Below are positions 25,630-35,209 of a stretch of 64,000 nucleotides of DNA, one piece after another (the stretch's first letter is position 1; each line of letters begins with the position of its first letter). The translations under genes were made by a program, and so were the position numbers. Source of the stretch: Pseudomonas sp. (GTDB lineage: Bacteria; Pseudomonadota; Gammaproteobacteria; Pseudomonadales; Pseudomonadaceae). The stretch covers positions 2,540-66,539 of the forward strand of contig NZ_JAYGFK010000022.1 of the NCBI RefSeq assembly GCF_046581935.1, written 5' to 3'. The notes beneath the pieces were generated by a model, which saw only the letters and a program-made list of their open reading frames with translations, had not been told where the DNA came from and did no database searches.

Positions 25630-28049
25630 GCATGCGACTTGATACCAATCAACATCAGGCGGCAACTGCGCAGTTTGACTACAGCAAAGTGCCCGAAGCT
25701 ATGAAGCGCCTGCCGCGCTGGATCGGCTTCACCGACAAAAAGGTGCCGGTCGATCCCCTTACAGGGTTCAGGTTGGACCACACCGACGCCACCCGACATC
25801 TGACATTTGAAACGGCACACGCCGGCTATCTGGCCGGCCATTGTTTCGCCTTGGGCTTCTGTATCGTCGAGAGTGACGGTGTCAGCTGCGTTGACTTGGA
25901 CAAGGTGCGCGGCAACCCTGAGCGCGAGCAGCGTGCAGCAGAGATCCTGCAAAAGATGCCCGGCTGGGTTGAGCGCAGTATGAGCGGCACAGGTCTGCAC
26001 ATCTGGGGTTATGGCGCGGGCAAGTCATTCAAAACAGCAGGCGGCCTAGAGTTCTACACCAACAAGCGCGCCATGCTAATCACCGGCAAGGTAATGCCGC
26101 AGTCCTTGGCCGCAGACCTGATCGACTTACACGCCGGCAGTCAGTGGCTTGCTACAACCTTCAATCAAAAAGCCGCGCCAGCGGCTCAACACCCAGCGGC
26201 ACTGCAGCTAGGCCCGCCGCCATCCCATTTGTATCTTGTCGGTGCAAGAGAGCTAAACACCGAGGCCGCAGGCAATCTAAGCGCCGGTCACGGCGATGAG
26301 GCCGAGCGGGTCCGTAGCGCCCTTGCTGTGCTGCCTGCCGATGACTATGACGCATGGTGGCAGACGGGACTGGCCCTCTACCGATCCACGCTTGAGCCTC
26401 AACAGGCTTACACAATCTGGCTGGACTGGTCGGCAACCAGCACCGAGAAATTCAGCGAACAGGTTTGTCAGGATAAATGGGCCAGCTTCTCTACCTCGGG
26501 CCAACCAGCGTCAGCAATCACACTGGGCACAATCTTTCACCGCGCCAAGCAAGCCGGCTGGGCAGATGCAGCTCATGCCGCTCAACCATGGCGCACTCCG
26601 GATACCCTGCTGACTGAGCCACAGCCCGCGCCATATCCAACAGCGAGCTTGCCAACGCTAATGCGCGAGGCCGTCAAAGCCATTGCCCATCATGTTGACG
26701 CACCCGAAGCTCTGGCCGCGCAGTGCGTAATAGCGGCAGCGGCATACTTGGCTCAAACGCGAATCAACGCGCCGCACATTCATTACCCCGATGGCATGCC
26801 TTGTTCGCTTTATCAGATGGCGCTGGCCGACTCCGGCGACCGCAAGAGCGCTTGCTACCGCCTAGCCTTCAAGCCTCTGATGGAAGCAGAGCGGCAGGAG
26901 CGCGACCGGCACGCCGCCATCGAGGCAGAACACAACCTCCGGGCAAGCCTGCTGAAAGGCAAAGCCCTGCAGGATTTTGAGAACAACAACAGGCTGCCAG
27001 CCAATCCGCGCACCATGTACACCGATTCGACCTTTGAAAAAATTGCCAAGGACTTTGTAGCAGGTATGCCGGCCGCATCCTGGGCAACCGATGAAGGCGG
27101 TAGGGTACTGGGTGGCCACAGTATGCAGGCCGAAACTCGGGCGGCAACCCTAGGCGGACTGGTCAAGCTTTACGACGATGGCACTGTAGAGCGTGACCGG
27201 GCTGGCGAGAGTGGCGGCATAGCCTATGACCGCCGTTTCACCATGCACCTGATGGCTCAGGCCGTTACCGTCAGGGACGCGCTAAATGACCCGCTGCTGC
27301 AGGGGCAGGGTTTTCTGCCTCGTTTCCTGCTGACCTCGGCACCTTCGCTCGCCGGCACCCGATTCATCACCGCCGAAACACTGCAAAACTCGGCCTATAG
27401 GAATTCTGCCATTCAGCGTTACTGGCAGCGCGTGAAGGAGATTGCGGCAACGCCCCGGCACGTTGCTGAGACGGGCGCAGTTCGCCCACCCGTGATTGCC
27501 CTGGCGGCGGATGCGCTGCAAGTTTGGATAGATTTTTACAACAGGGTTGAGGCTGAGCAGAGCCGGGGTGGTGATTACGCTGGCCCTATAAAACCCTTTG
27601 CCAGCCGTGCCGGCGAAAACGCTCGCAGGGTTGCAGCAGTCTTTACCCTGTTTAATGGCGAGCAGGAGATAACCGGCCCCACCATGACCGCTGCCTGTGA
27701 AGTAGTCGAGCACTCGCTTGGCGAGTGGGCGCGCTGGCTGGGCGGCAGTGGTACGGAAACCAGAGACAACAGGGACGCACTCGACTTGCTGGCCTGGCTC
27801 AAAGCCAAGGGACTTGATTCAATTCATCGCGACAAGCTGGGCACCAGCGGCCCCGTTCGTGGCAGAGCCAAACAGCGTGACAAGCTGCTCGGCATCCTTC
27901 TGGAGGCGGGCTGGATGCGCAGTGCAGACGGTCGGAATTTTGAAGTTAATCCGCAGCCCCTTGCAGATTGTGCAGATTCCGCTGAAAGGCCCATTACACC
28001 AGGGGCAAGCAGTGCAGACCCCGTGCAGATCACTGCAGAGAAAGGCTAG
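25626..28049 (+). CDS. Replicase: AEP primase-polymerase + PriCT-2 + DUF3987 (YfjI-like) P-loop domain
   Basis: AEP motifs CVDLDK, SMSGTGLHIW, GLEFY. PriCT-2-like DDYDAWWQTGLAL...WLDWS...KWASF...ITLGTIFHRAKQAGW. DUF3987-like ADSGDRKS, TDEGG, QGFLPRFL, RAGENARRVA. Confidence 0.85.
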   Translation: MSMRLDTNQHQAATAQFDYSKVPEAMKRLPRWIGFTDKKVPVDPLTGFRLDHTDATRHLTFETAHAGYLAGHCFALGFCIVESDGVSCVDLDKVRGNPEREQRAAEILQKMPGWVERSMSGTGLHIWGYGAGKSFKTAGGLEFYTNKRAMLITGKVMPQSLAADLIDLHAGSQWLATTFNQKAAPAAQHPAALQLGPPPSHLYLVGARELNTEAAGNLSAGHGDEAERVRSALAVLPADDYDAWWQTGLALYRSTLEPQQAYTIWLDWSATSTEKFSEQVCQDKWASFSTSGQPASAITLGTIFHRAKQAGWADAAHAAQPWRTPDTLLTEPQPAPYPTASLPTLMREAVKAIAHHVDAPEALAAQCVIAAAAYLAQTRINAPHIHYPDGMPCSLYQMALADSGDRKSACYRLAFKPLMEAERQERDRHAAIEAEHNLRASLLKGKALQDFENNNRLPANPRTMYTDSTFEKIAKDFVAGMPAASWATDEGGRVLGGHSMQAETRAATLGGLVKLYDDGTVERDRAGESGGIAYDRRFTMHLMAQAVTVRDALNDPLLQGQGFLPRFLLTSAPSLAGTRFITAETLQNSAYRNSAIQRYWQRVKEIAATPRHVAETGAVRPPVIALAADALQVWIDFYNRVEAEQSRGGDYAGPIKPFASRAGENARRVAAVFTLFNGEQEITGPTMTAACEVVEHSLGEWARWLGGSGTETRDNRDALDLLAWLKAKGLDSIHRDKLGTSGPVRGRAKQRDKLLGILLEAGWMRSADGRNFEVNPQPLADCADSAERPITPGASSADPVQITAEKG

Positions 28050-28160
28050 CGCATGCAGCCCTTCGCCAAGCCCAGTAAACAATCTGCACGCTTCTGCAAT
28101 CAGTCTGCAGCCCGAGGCCCAGCAGTTCCGGGGATTTCAGCGGAATCTGCACGGTCTGCA
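27962..28160. repeat. Mirror-symmetric iteron array, putative replication origin
   Basis: TGCAGA at 27962, 27971, 28013, 28024, 28034 and TCTGCA at 28083, 28093, 28104, 28146, 28155, all symmetric about 28061. 18-bp perfect IR at 27970-27987 / 28135-28152. Confidence 0.8.
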
Positions 28161-28262
28161 GTAGTCGGCACGCAGTCAACGCTCAGGCCTGGATGTGGCC
28201 ACAAACTCAAGCGCTACCTGTAACCACCACCTGCAAATAATGATTTTGGAAGGAGCAAAGCC

Positions 28263-28592
28263 GTGTCTGCATACACCTCAAGACTGCTAAAGCAGATAGC
28301 CGCTCAGCGCATGCAGCAAAAGCCAGCGCCCAGCCAGGCAGAGACGTTCAGGGAAAAACACGATGCTTGGTTTGCCAGCCTGCCCCCGGCATCCAAGCAC
28401 CGGCACTGGTCAATAGAGGAGATAGCCAGTGCGTTGAAGATTGCGCCCCGCGAGTTAAGCCAGACCTTGCTTGATGCTGGTTGGTTGCGAAAGCGAATAT
28501 GGTTTGAGCGGAGCAAGGGGCAGGGACGGTATTTGCGGGTTTGGATACCTCCGCAAATTCATAAATTATGCGGAGAAGATATGACTCGATAA
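28263..28592 (+). CDS. Small hypothetical protein, possible HTH/winged helix
   Basis: GTG start after AAGGAG. WSIEEIASALKIAPRELSQTLLDAGWLRKR segment. Confidence 0.6.
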   Translation: MSAYTSRLLKQIAAQRMQQKPAPSQAETFREKHDAWFASLPPASKHRHWSIEEIASALKIAPRELSQTLLDAGWLRKRIWFERSKGQGRYLRVWIPPQIHKLCGEDMTR

Positions 28593-28594
28593 CC

Positions 28595-29047
28595 CTAGTC
28601 AAATGCCCCATATATACTGGTCGGGCCTATCAGTTTTTCATAATTGCCGCTTTGAATGATTTTATCCTTATATAAATTCCCATCAGTAAAGTTATCAAAC
28701 CACTCAAATTTTGTCCTGCCATCAAGATACTCAATGCGCACATAGTATTCAACGGCGCTGCCGGAGTTAGTGTATCCAGCGCCTATATGATGGCAAGATA
28801 TAGGTATGCTCCCATTAATTACCTCTCCAGGATGGTTTTCAATAAACTTTTCTAGCCTTCCATCACAGTCAGATATCTCCCTCTCCTTTAATTTTTGGTT
28901 GCAGTTAAAATTGCGGATTGCCTGCTGTATGTAACCTAGAAGACCCATAAAAACCTCTTCGCCGAGCATGGAGGCGCTGGCTAAATTAAATTGCATGGCA
29001 ATCACAAAAAATAATTCCTGCCTTGAGTAAAGTATTAGCTTGGGCAA
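28595..29047 (-). CDS. Hypothetical AT-rich cargo protein
   Basis: 150-aa ORF in a visibly AT-rich segment; start uncertain (may be the internal MQF or MGL). Confidence 0.5.
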   Translation of the reverse strand: MPKLILYSRQELFFVIAMQFNLASASMLGEEVFMGLLGYIQQAIRNFNCNQKLKEREISDCDGRLEKFIENHPGEVINGSIPISCHHIGAGYTNSGSAVEYYVRIEYLDGRTKFEWFDNFTDGNLYKDKIIQSGNYEKLIGPTSIYGAFD

Positions 29048-29105
29048 ATTGCTCGCATGCTACATGGACGTTCGCCTCCGGCGAAACTGTCGGCAAGCTA
29101 GTGGT

Positions 29106-29408
29106 TCATCTGCCCAGCCCAAATAGTAGGGCTGGAATGCATGGAGCAAAAATAACGAATAAATAAGCAAGGCCCTTATTTTTTTCTGCCCAGGCGTACA
29201 TTGGGGAGCGGGATGAGACCACGAGCCATATGGCTAATGGGAATGTGATGAGCGGGCTTAGAAGCCACAAGCTACCGCCTGTACCGCCCGAGGCATCACC
29301 TTGAGTAGATTCAGTTATCGTATTCATCGGGTTTGCAGCAAGAATTATTTCGCATTGAACAAAGGCTAATGCTGCAGAGATAACTATTTTGATTTTGGAT
29401 GTGTCCAT
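29106..29408 (-). CDS. Small hypothetical membrane protein (cargo)
   Basis: 100 aa, GGAG RBS. Signal-like N-terminus plus two hydrophobic helices. Confidence 0.55.
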   Translation of the reverse strand: MDTSKIKIVISAALAFVQCEIILAANPMNTITESTQGDASGGTGGSLWLLSPLITFPLAIWLVVSSRSPMYAWAEKNKGLAYLFVIFAPCIPALLFGLGR

Positions 29409-29591
29409 GTTTTATGTGGCTCCTTGGTGGTGCCGTTCTAATTTATGGTTTTTAGTTATTGAGTTTATTGCGTATTTGAATGTCTGTGCATTCCTGCTGA
29501 GAGGAAGTGTAGCAAGTAGGAGTGACGTAAGTTTTCGGATAAGTATCTTAATAACTATGGTTGAATTTGGGAGAGGGTTTTTATGGGTTAT

Positions 29592-29861
29592 TTAAGATTT
29601 CTGCTGCAGACTTAACCCTTTCTGTCCTATTTGCCAATTTTGAAAATCTAAGTCAGCCTTGCCAACGCCAGCTTTTCTCAGCCATTTGGCACACGAGTCA
29701 ATCGAGCGCCATTGGCGCACATCACCGCGCCCAGTCATTAAGACCTTAGCCGTGCCCGTCGTTTTCGCCTCAACGTGAAACAGGCTGCCCTGTGCCGTGA
29801 TAAAGATGGACTTGACCGCCCCGGCCTCCAGCAGCAACTTTAACTCGCGCTCATTCATCAT
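29592..29861 (-). CDS. Small plasmid-type protein (resembles proteins annotated ParC/RepB-like), partner of the RHH gene
   Basis: MMNERELKLLLEAGAVKSIFITAQG...GRGDVRQWRSIDSCAKWLRKAGV. Start overlaps the RHH stop. Confidence 0.6.
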   Translation of the reverse strand: MMNERELKLLLEAGAVKSIFITAQGSLFHVEAKTTGTAKVLMTGRGDVRQWRSIDSCAKWLRKAGVGKADLDFQNWQIGQKGLSLQQKS

Positions 29862-30042
29862 CTCTATCCTCTTGGGGGAAAAGCTCCGCCTGGTCAGGTA
29901 TCGACACCCCAATGCGCTCGCAATGCTGACGAATCAGCACCTCTACCAGATTGGCAATACTTCGATGCTCTTGGGCTGCCGCGATCCGCGCAGCCTCTTT
30001 CAATACCGGATCAATGCGCAGATTCAGTGTTGCCGTTTTCAT
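29851..30042 (-). CDS. Ribbon-helix-helix (Arc/CopG/HicB-like) DNA-binding protein
   Basis: MKTATLNLRIDPVLKEAARIAAAQEHRSIANLVEVLIR: beta-ribbon, helix, RS-turn, helix pattern. Confidence 0.8.
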   Translation of the reverse strand: MKTATLNLRIDPVLKEAARIAAAQEHRSIANLVEVLIRQHCERIGVSIPDQAELFPQEDRDDE

Positions 30043-30060
30043 TGAAGGCCTCGCTACACG

Positions 30061-30098
30061 ATGTAATCACAATGTAACGCAGTTTGCGTTATCGGCAA
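30061..30098 (-). promoter_or_regulatory. Candidate promoter/operator of the RHH operon
   Basis: Minus strand TTGCCG-16nt-TACATT. Palindrome TAACGCA-gtt-TGCGTTA (30075-30091) and two ATGTAA direct repeats (30061, 30072). Confidence 0.45.
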
Positions 30099-30371
30099 GT
30101 GATTTCCCCGAAGTGATCTCGTAAGCCGACAAGCGGACAGATTGATACAGCCGAAAAATTTTCTTGGTGAATTGTGCGAGCAAGGGATAAGGGATACCCC
30201 TAAATTGCAATGGCCCCCCAGCGCCCTGCAGGGCCGGGTAATGATTCTTTGAGGCTAAGGCTGAGCCGTATAGGCCTTGATGAATTAGCGCGAGATTTGG
30301 CTGCTTAGCGTTGAGATGGCGCGTGATGCGCCGGGAGGAGGGGTGCAGATATTCGGCTAGATTTCTCGCCA

Positions 30372-30393
30372 GTGCTAGCCCGGTGATAGCCCG
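30372..30393. repeat. Putative integrase arm-type sites (right end)
   Basis: GTGCTAGCCCGGTGATAGCCCG, identical to 22634-22655. Confidence 0.65.
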
Positions 30394-30395
30394 CT

Positions 30396-30488
30396 AAAAC
30401 AAAAAAGGGCTTAGCTTTCGCTAAACCCTTGTTTTGTTTGGTGGCTACGCAGGGACTTGAACCCCGGACCCCAGCATTATGAATGCTA
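30396..30488. repeat. Right att repeat, including the tRNA 3' half and downstream terminator hairpin
   Basis: Direct repeat of 22427-22519. Confidence 0.92.
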
Positions 30489-30515
30489 TGCTCTAACCAG
30501 CTGAGCTACGTAGCC
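30439..30515 (-). tRNA. tRNA-Met (CAT), elongator type
   Basis: GGCTACGTAGCTCAGCTGGTTAGAGCATAGCATTCATAATGCTGGGGTCCGGGGTTCAAGTCCCTGCGTAGCCACCA, 77 nt with encoded CCA. Confidence 0.95.
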
Positions 30516-30592
30516 GAGTGGCGCGCATTATTCGCGTCTTGGGGGTTAGTGTCAACCCTTTCGAGCGAAAATTTCTGCGCGCGATCAAGCGC

Positions 30593-31693
30593 TTACACGT
30601 TAAAGCGGAAATGCATGACGTCGCCGTCTTTAACGATGTATTCCTTACCTTCCAGACGCCATTTGCCGGCTTCTTTGGCACCGGCTTCGCCTTTGTATTG
30701 GATGAAGTCGTTGTAGGCGATGACTTCGGCGCGGATAAAGCCTTTCTCGAAGTCGGTGTGAATCACGGCGGCAGCTTGCGGAGCTGTTGCGCCGACTTTG
30801 ACGGTCCAGGCGCGCACTTCCTTCACGCCGGCGGTGAAGTAGGTTTGCAGGTTGAGCAGTTCGTAGCCTGCGCGGATTACGCGGTTCAGGCCGGGTTCTT
30901 CGAGGCCCAGGGCTTCGAGGAACATGTCTTTTTCTTCGCCGTCATCGAGTTCGGCGATTTCTGCTTCGATCTTGTTGCACACCGGTACGACGGGGGCGCC
31001 TTCGGCGTCGGCGATAGCTTGCACCACGTCGAGCAGGGGGTTGTTCTCAAAGCCGTCTTCGGCAACGTTGGCGATGTACATCACCGGCTTGCTGGTTAGC
31101 AGGTGAAAGCCGCGGATTATTTGTTTCTCGTCGTCACCCAGGGTCTTCATCAGGGTGCGTGCTGGCTTGCCTTCGCTGAAGTGGGGGATGAGTTTTTCCA
31201 GCAGGGCTTTTTGCGCGACAGCATCTTTGTCGCCACCTTTGGCATTGCGGGTGGTTTTCTGCAGTTGCTTCTCGCAGCTGTCGAGGTCGGCGAAGATCAG
31301 TTCGAGGTCGATGATCTCGATGTCGCGCTTGGGGTCGACGCTGTTGGCAACGTGGATCACGTTGTCGTCTTTGAAGCAGCGCACCACGTGGGCAATAGCG
31401 TCGGTCTCGCGGATGTTGGCGAGGAACTTGTTGCCCAGGCCTTCGCCTTTCGACGCGCCTTCTACCAGGCCGGCGATGTCGACGAATTCCATGGTGGTCG
31501 GCAGCACGCGCTCGGGCTTGACGATCTCGGCCAGTGCCTCAAGGCGCGCGTCGGGCATCGGTACGATGCCGCTGTTGGGCTCGATGGTGCAGAACGGGAA
31601 GTTCTCGGCCGCAATCCCGGATTTGGTGAGGGCGTTGAACAGGGTGGACTTGCCGACGTTGGGCAGGCCGACGATGCCGCAGTTGAATCCCAT
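30593..31693 (-). CDS. ychF: Redox-regulated ATPase YchF
   Basis: [43 protein letters not shown]. Confidence 0.97.
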   Translation of the reverse strand: MGFNCGIVGLPNVGKSTLFNALTKSGIAAENFPFCTIEPNSGIVPMPDARLEALAEIVKPERVLPTTMEFVDIAGLVEGASKGEGLGNKFLANIRETDAIAHVVRCFKDDNVIHVANSVDPKRDIEIIDLELIFADLDSCEKQLQKTTRNAKGGDKDAVAQKALLEKLIPHFSEGKPARTLMKTLGDDEKQIIRGFHLLTSKPVMYIANVAEDGFENNPLLDVVQAIADAEGAPVVPVCNKIEAEIAELDDGEEKDMFLEALGLEEPGLNRVIRAGYELLNLQTYFTAGVKEVRAWTVKVGATAPQAAAVIHTDFEKGFIRAEVIAYNDFIQYKGEAGAKEAGKWRLEGKEYIVKDGDVMHFRFNV

Positions 31694-31725
31694 GGTGTGT
31701 CCCTCGCGCGAATGGCGGTAAAGAG

Positions 31726-32316
31726 TTAGGAGGAGGCTTTCTGGCTGTGCAGCTTGTGCATGGCTTTGCTCCAGTCGCCTGCGAGTATTTCTGGCAGGGT
31801 GCCTAGGGCAAAATCAATGCTGGTATCCAGCAGTTCCTGTTCGCTGCGTGGTGCGCGGCCGAGGACGAAGTTGGAGACCATGCTGCTGTGCCCGGGATGG
31901 CCAATGCCAAGCCGCAGGCGGTAAAAATTATTTTGGTTGCCGAGCTGGGCGATGATGTCGCGCAGCCCGTTATGCCCGCCGTGCCCGCCACCCAGTTTGA
32001 GTTTGGCGACGCCTGGTGGCATGTCGAGTTCGTCGTGAGCCACCAGAATGGCTTCCGGCGCAATGCGGAAGAAATTCGCCAGTGCCGCTACGGCTTGGCC
32101 GCTGCGGTTCATAAAGGTGGTGGGGATCAGTAGGCGAACATCGCGGCCTTGATGGCTGAATTTGCCAGTCAGGCCAAAATACTTTTTGTCGACGCTTAGG
32201 TTGATACGCTGGCTGTCAGCCAGGCGCTCAACGAAAAGGGCCCCTGCATTATGCCGGGTCTGGTCGTATTCAGGGCCGGGGTTACCCAGGCCAACGATCA
32301 GTTGTACGGCAGTCAT
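31726..32316 (-). CDS. pth: Peptidyl-tRNA hydrolase
   Basis: LIVGLGNPG...TRHNAG, HDELD, GGHNGL. Confidence 0.97.
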   Translation of the reverse strand: MTAVQLIVGLGNPGPEYDQTRHNAGALFVERLADSQRINLSVDKKYFGLTGKFSHQGRDVRLLIPTTFMNRSGQAVAALANFFRIAPEAILVAHDELDMPPGVAKLKLGGGHGGHNGLRDIIAQLGNQNNFYRLRLGIGHPGHSSMVSNFVLGRAPRSEQELLDTSIDFALGTLPEILAGDWSKAMHKLHSQKASS

Positions 32317-32385
32317 GTCAGGAGCCCTTTTGTGGAAATAGCTCGGCAGAGTCGCATGCCGAGCTGGTTTCCGATACTGCGAGAT

Positions 32386-32991
32386 TTACTCGGCAGCGTC
32401 TTCGTCTTTAGCAACGCGGGAGGCGTGGATGTTAGCCACTGCCAGGTCGTTACCGTGAGCCAGTGCAACCAGCTCAACGCCTTTCGGTAGTTTCAGGTCG
32501 GCCAAGTGAACGATCTGACCAACTTCAACGGCAGCCATGTCGACTTCGATGAATTCTGGCAGGTCTTTCGGCAGGCAGGTTACTTCTACTTCAGCGATAA
32601 CGTGGGAAACTTCGCCGCCTTGCTGCTTCACGCCAACCGAAGTTTCTTGGTTGATGAAGTGCAATGGAACGATAGCAGTCAGTTTCTGGCCGGCGACAAC
32701 GCGAACGAAGTCAGCGTGCATTACGTAGCCTTTGGCTGGGTGACGCTGCAGGGCTTTGATCAGGACGCTTTCGTTGCTGCCAGCTACGTTCAGGTTCAGA
32801 ACGTGGCTGTAAGCGGCTTCGTTTTCCAGCAGTTTGGCCAGTTCTTTGGCCAGCAGGCTGATCGATTGTGGGGCTTTTTCGCCACCGTAAATTACGGCAG
32901 GAACCATGGCAACGTTACGACGCAGGCGGCGGCTCGCACCTTTCCCCAGGTCGGAACGCACTTCGGCATTCAGGGCAAATTCAACAGTCAT
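32386..32991 (-). CDS. rplY: 50S ribosomal protein L25/Ctc
   Basis: [21 protein letters not shown]...HADF. Confidence 0.97.
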   Translation of the reverse strand: MTVEFALNAEVRSDLGKGASRRLRRNVAMVPAVIYGGEKAPQSISLLAKELAKLLENEAAYSHVLNLNVAGSNESVLIKALQRHPAKGYVMHADFVRVVAGQKLTAIVPLHFINQETSVGVKQQGGEVSHVIAEVEVTCLPKDLPEFIEVDMAAVEVGQIVHLADLKLPKGVELVALAHGNDLAVANIHASRVAKDEDAAE

Positions 32992-33104
32992 TTCACTTCT
33001 CCAAAATAACCAAACCGTCCGTTACGCTTGCGACCAGCGACGGGACGGTTGGTTGAAAGGCCGTGCCATTAGGGCAGGGCGTTTGCGTCAGGGCGTGTTC
33101 TGAA

Positions 33105-34046
33105 TTAACGGAACATCGCGCTGATCGATTCTTCATTGCTGATGCGGCGTACCGCTTCAGCGACTACCGGAGCAATATCCAGTTGGCGAATACGCGAGCA
33201 AGATTGCGCGGCAGCAGACAGCGGGATGGTGTTAGTTACCACCAGCTCGTCGAGTACGGATTTTTCGATGTTTTCGATGGCGCGACCCGAAAGGACAGGG
33301 TGCGTGCAGTAGGCAATAACCTTGGCTGCGCCATGTTCTTTCAGGGCTTTTGCCGCGTGGCACAGTGTGCCGGCGGTATCCACCATGTCATCGACCAGGA
33401 TGCAGGTACGGCCTTCAACATCGCCGATGATGTGCATCACTTCGGAGTGGTTGGCTTTCTCGCGGCGCTTGTCGATGATCGCCAGGTCAACGCCCAGAGA
33501 TTTGGCAACAGCGCGTGCACGCACTACGCCGCCGATGTCTGGGGAGACGATCATTAGGTTTTCAAAGCGCTGATCTTCAATATCGTCCACCAATACTGGT
33601 GAGCCGTAGATGTTATCTACCGGGATATCGAAGAAGCCCTGGATCTGATCCGCGTGCAGGTCGACGGTGAGAACACGGTCGATACCTACTACGGTGAGCA
33701 TGTCGGCCACTACCTTGGCGCTAATTGCCACGCGAGCGGAACGCGGACGGCGATCCTGGCGGGCATAGCCGAAGTAGGGGATAACAGCAGTAATTCGGGT
33801 GGCTGAGGAGCGGCGGAAGGCATCAGCCATCACGACCAGTTCCATCAGGTTGTCATTGGTTGGCGCGCACGTCGGTTGAATCAGGAAGACGTCTTTACCG
33901 CGGACGTTTTCGTTGATTTCAATCATGATCTCGCCGTCGGAAAACTTACCGACAGAAGCATCACCGAGGGGAATGTGCAGCTGACGTACGATACGTCGCG
34001 CCAGATCGGGGTTAGCGTTCCCCGTAAAGACCATCATCTTGGACAC
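33105..34046 (-). CDS. prs: Ribose-phosphate pyrophosphokinase
   Basis: GTG start ([15 protein letters not shown]), 313 aa. [30 protein letters not shown]. Confidence 0.97.
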   Translation of the reverse strand: MSKMMVFTGNANPDLARRIVRQLHIPLGDASVGKFSDGEIMIEINENVRGKDVFLIQPTCAPTNDNLMELVVMADAFRRSSATRITAVIPYFGYARQDRRPRSARVAISAKVVADMLTVVGIDRVLTVDLHADQIQGFFDIPVDNIYGSPVLVDDIEDQRFENLMIVSPDIGGVVRARAVAKSLGVDLAIIDKRREKANHSEVMHIIGDVEGRTCILVDDMVDTAGTLCHAAKALKEHGAAKVIAYCTHPVLSGRAIENIEKSVLDELVVTNTIPLSAAAQSCSRIRQLDIAPVVAEAVRRISNEESISAMFR

Positions 34047-34092
34047 GCGCAGTACCTGCCGGCTGAGGGTATACCTGGATGAGTACAGAAAA

Positions 34093-34167
34093 TGGCAGGG
34101 GCGGCTGGATTCGAACCAACGCATGCCAGGATCAAAACCTGGTGCCTTACCGCTTGGCGACGCCCCT
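34093..34167 (-). tRNA. tRNA-Gln (TTG), copy 2
   Basis: AGGGGCGTCGCCAAGCGGTAAGGCACCAGGTTTTGATCCTGGCATGCGTTGGTTCGAATCCAGCCGCCCCTGCCA, 75 nt. Confidence 0.95.
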
Positions 34168-34219
34168 GTATCTTGTGTAACTGAGTGCTTTAAGTTGTGT
34201 ATCCGCTCCAGGACGGAAA

Positions 34220-34294
34220 TGGCAGGGGCGGCTGGATTCGAACCAACGCATGCCAGGATCAAAACCTGGTGCCTTACCGCTTGGCGACGCCCCT
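34220..34294 (-). tRNA. tRNA-Gln (TTG), copy 1
   Basis: Identical 75-nt sequence to 34093-34167. Confidence 0.95.
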
Positions 34295-34333
34295 ACATAC
34301 AACCCGTAGCTTTTTACAACTAACCAACTTGAA

Positions 34334-35209
34334 TCACTTCTTGGTCAATTTTTCCAGCTTGCGGTGCAACATCGAGATGTTACGGCCTTGGGCAGTAAAA
34401 CTTGGCAAAGTGGCTGGAAGTTGGCGGGCGACTTTATCAGCATCGTCCTGGTTTGGGAAGCTCCCAAACACACAAGCTCCAGTGCCGGTTAATCGAGTTG
34501 GAACAAATTTGTTCAACAAGATCAAAGCGTTACGAACTTCTGGGTAACGCTTCTGAACTACCGGCTGGCAGTCGTTACGACCACCCCCCTCAAGAAGGCT
34601 GCGAACTTTAATGGGCGGCGTATCCCGTGTCAACTCGGGGTCAGAGAAAATTTCCGCAGTACTGACAAGCACTTGCGGAATTGCGACGAGAAACCAGGGT
34701 TCGTTCAGGGTCACCGGCTGCAGCTTTTCGCCTACACCTTCGGCAAAAGCCGCGTGGCCGCGCACGAATACCGGGACATCTGCGCCGAGCTGCAGACCTA
34801 GATCGGCGAGTTGGTCTTCGCTGCAGTCAAGCTGCCATAAGTGCTTGAGGCCGAGCAGGGTGGTTGCTGCGTCTGAGCTGCCGCCGCCAATGCCGCCGCC
34901 CATGGGCAGGCGTTTGTCGAGCCAGATGTCAGCGCCCAGCGGGCAGTTGGTTTGCTGTTGCAGTAGGCGCGCGGCCCGCACGATCAGGTTGCTGTCATGC
35001 GGTACGCCGTCGATAGGCGTATGTAGCTGGATCACACCATCTTGGCGCAAGGCAAAGCCCAGCTCATCGGCAAAATCGAGAAACTGAAACAGGGTTTGCA
35101 GTTCGTGGTAGCCGTCGGCGCGGCGACCGAGAATGTGCAACATTAGGTTGAGCTTGGCCGGTGCCGGCAGAATCAATTCGGCAGCGGCGGGAATTGCCGG
35201 GCTGCTCAT
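34334..35209 (-). CDS. ispE: 4-diphosphocytidyl-2-C-methyl-D-erythritol kinase
   Basis: [38 protein letters not shown]. Confidence 0.97.
   Translation of the reverse strand: MSSPAIPAAAELILPAPAKLNLMLHILGRRADGYHELQTLFQFLDFADELGFALRQDGVIQLHTPIDGVPHDSNLIVRAARLLQQQTNCPLGADIWLDKRLPMGGGIGGGSSDAATTLLGLKHLWQLDCSEDQLADLGLQLGADVPVFVRGHAAFAEGVGEKLQPVTLNEPWFLVAIPQVLVSTAEIFSDPELTRDTPPIKVRSLLEGGGRNDCQPVVQKRYPEVRNALILLNKFVPTRLTGTGACVFGSFPNQDDADKVARQLPATLPSFTAQGRNISMLHRKLEKLTKK

Larger units (their letters stand above)
22470..30488. mobile_element. tRNA-Met-integrated genomic islet / putative minimalist phage satellite (7,969 bp att-to-att)
   Basis: Flanking att repeats, tyrosine integrase, AlpA-like HTH, primase-polymerase/DUF3987 replicase, iteron origin and AT-rich cargo. 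No structural genes. Confidence 0.88.

Noticed and set aside
27962-28160. CRISPR or tandem-repeat interpretation of the TGCAGA array
   Set aside because: Repeats are 6-mers in two opposing orientations with no 25-40 nt repeat-spacer periodicity and no cas genes.
30100-30370. Non-coding right end of the islet as a possible pac, cos or oriT site
   Set aside because: Position is suggestive, but I found no convincing repeat or nick-site motif.
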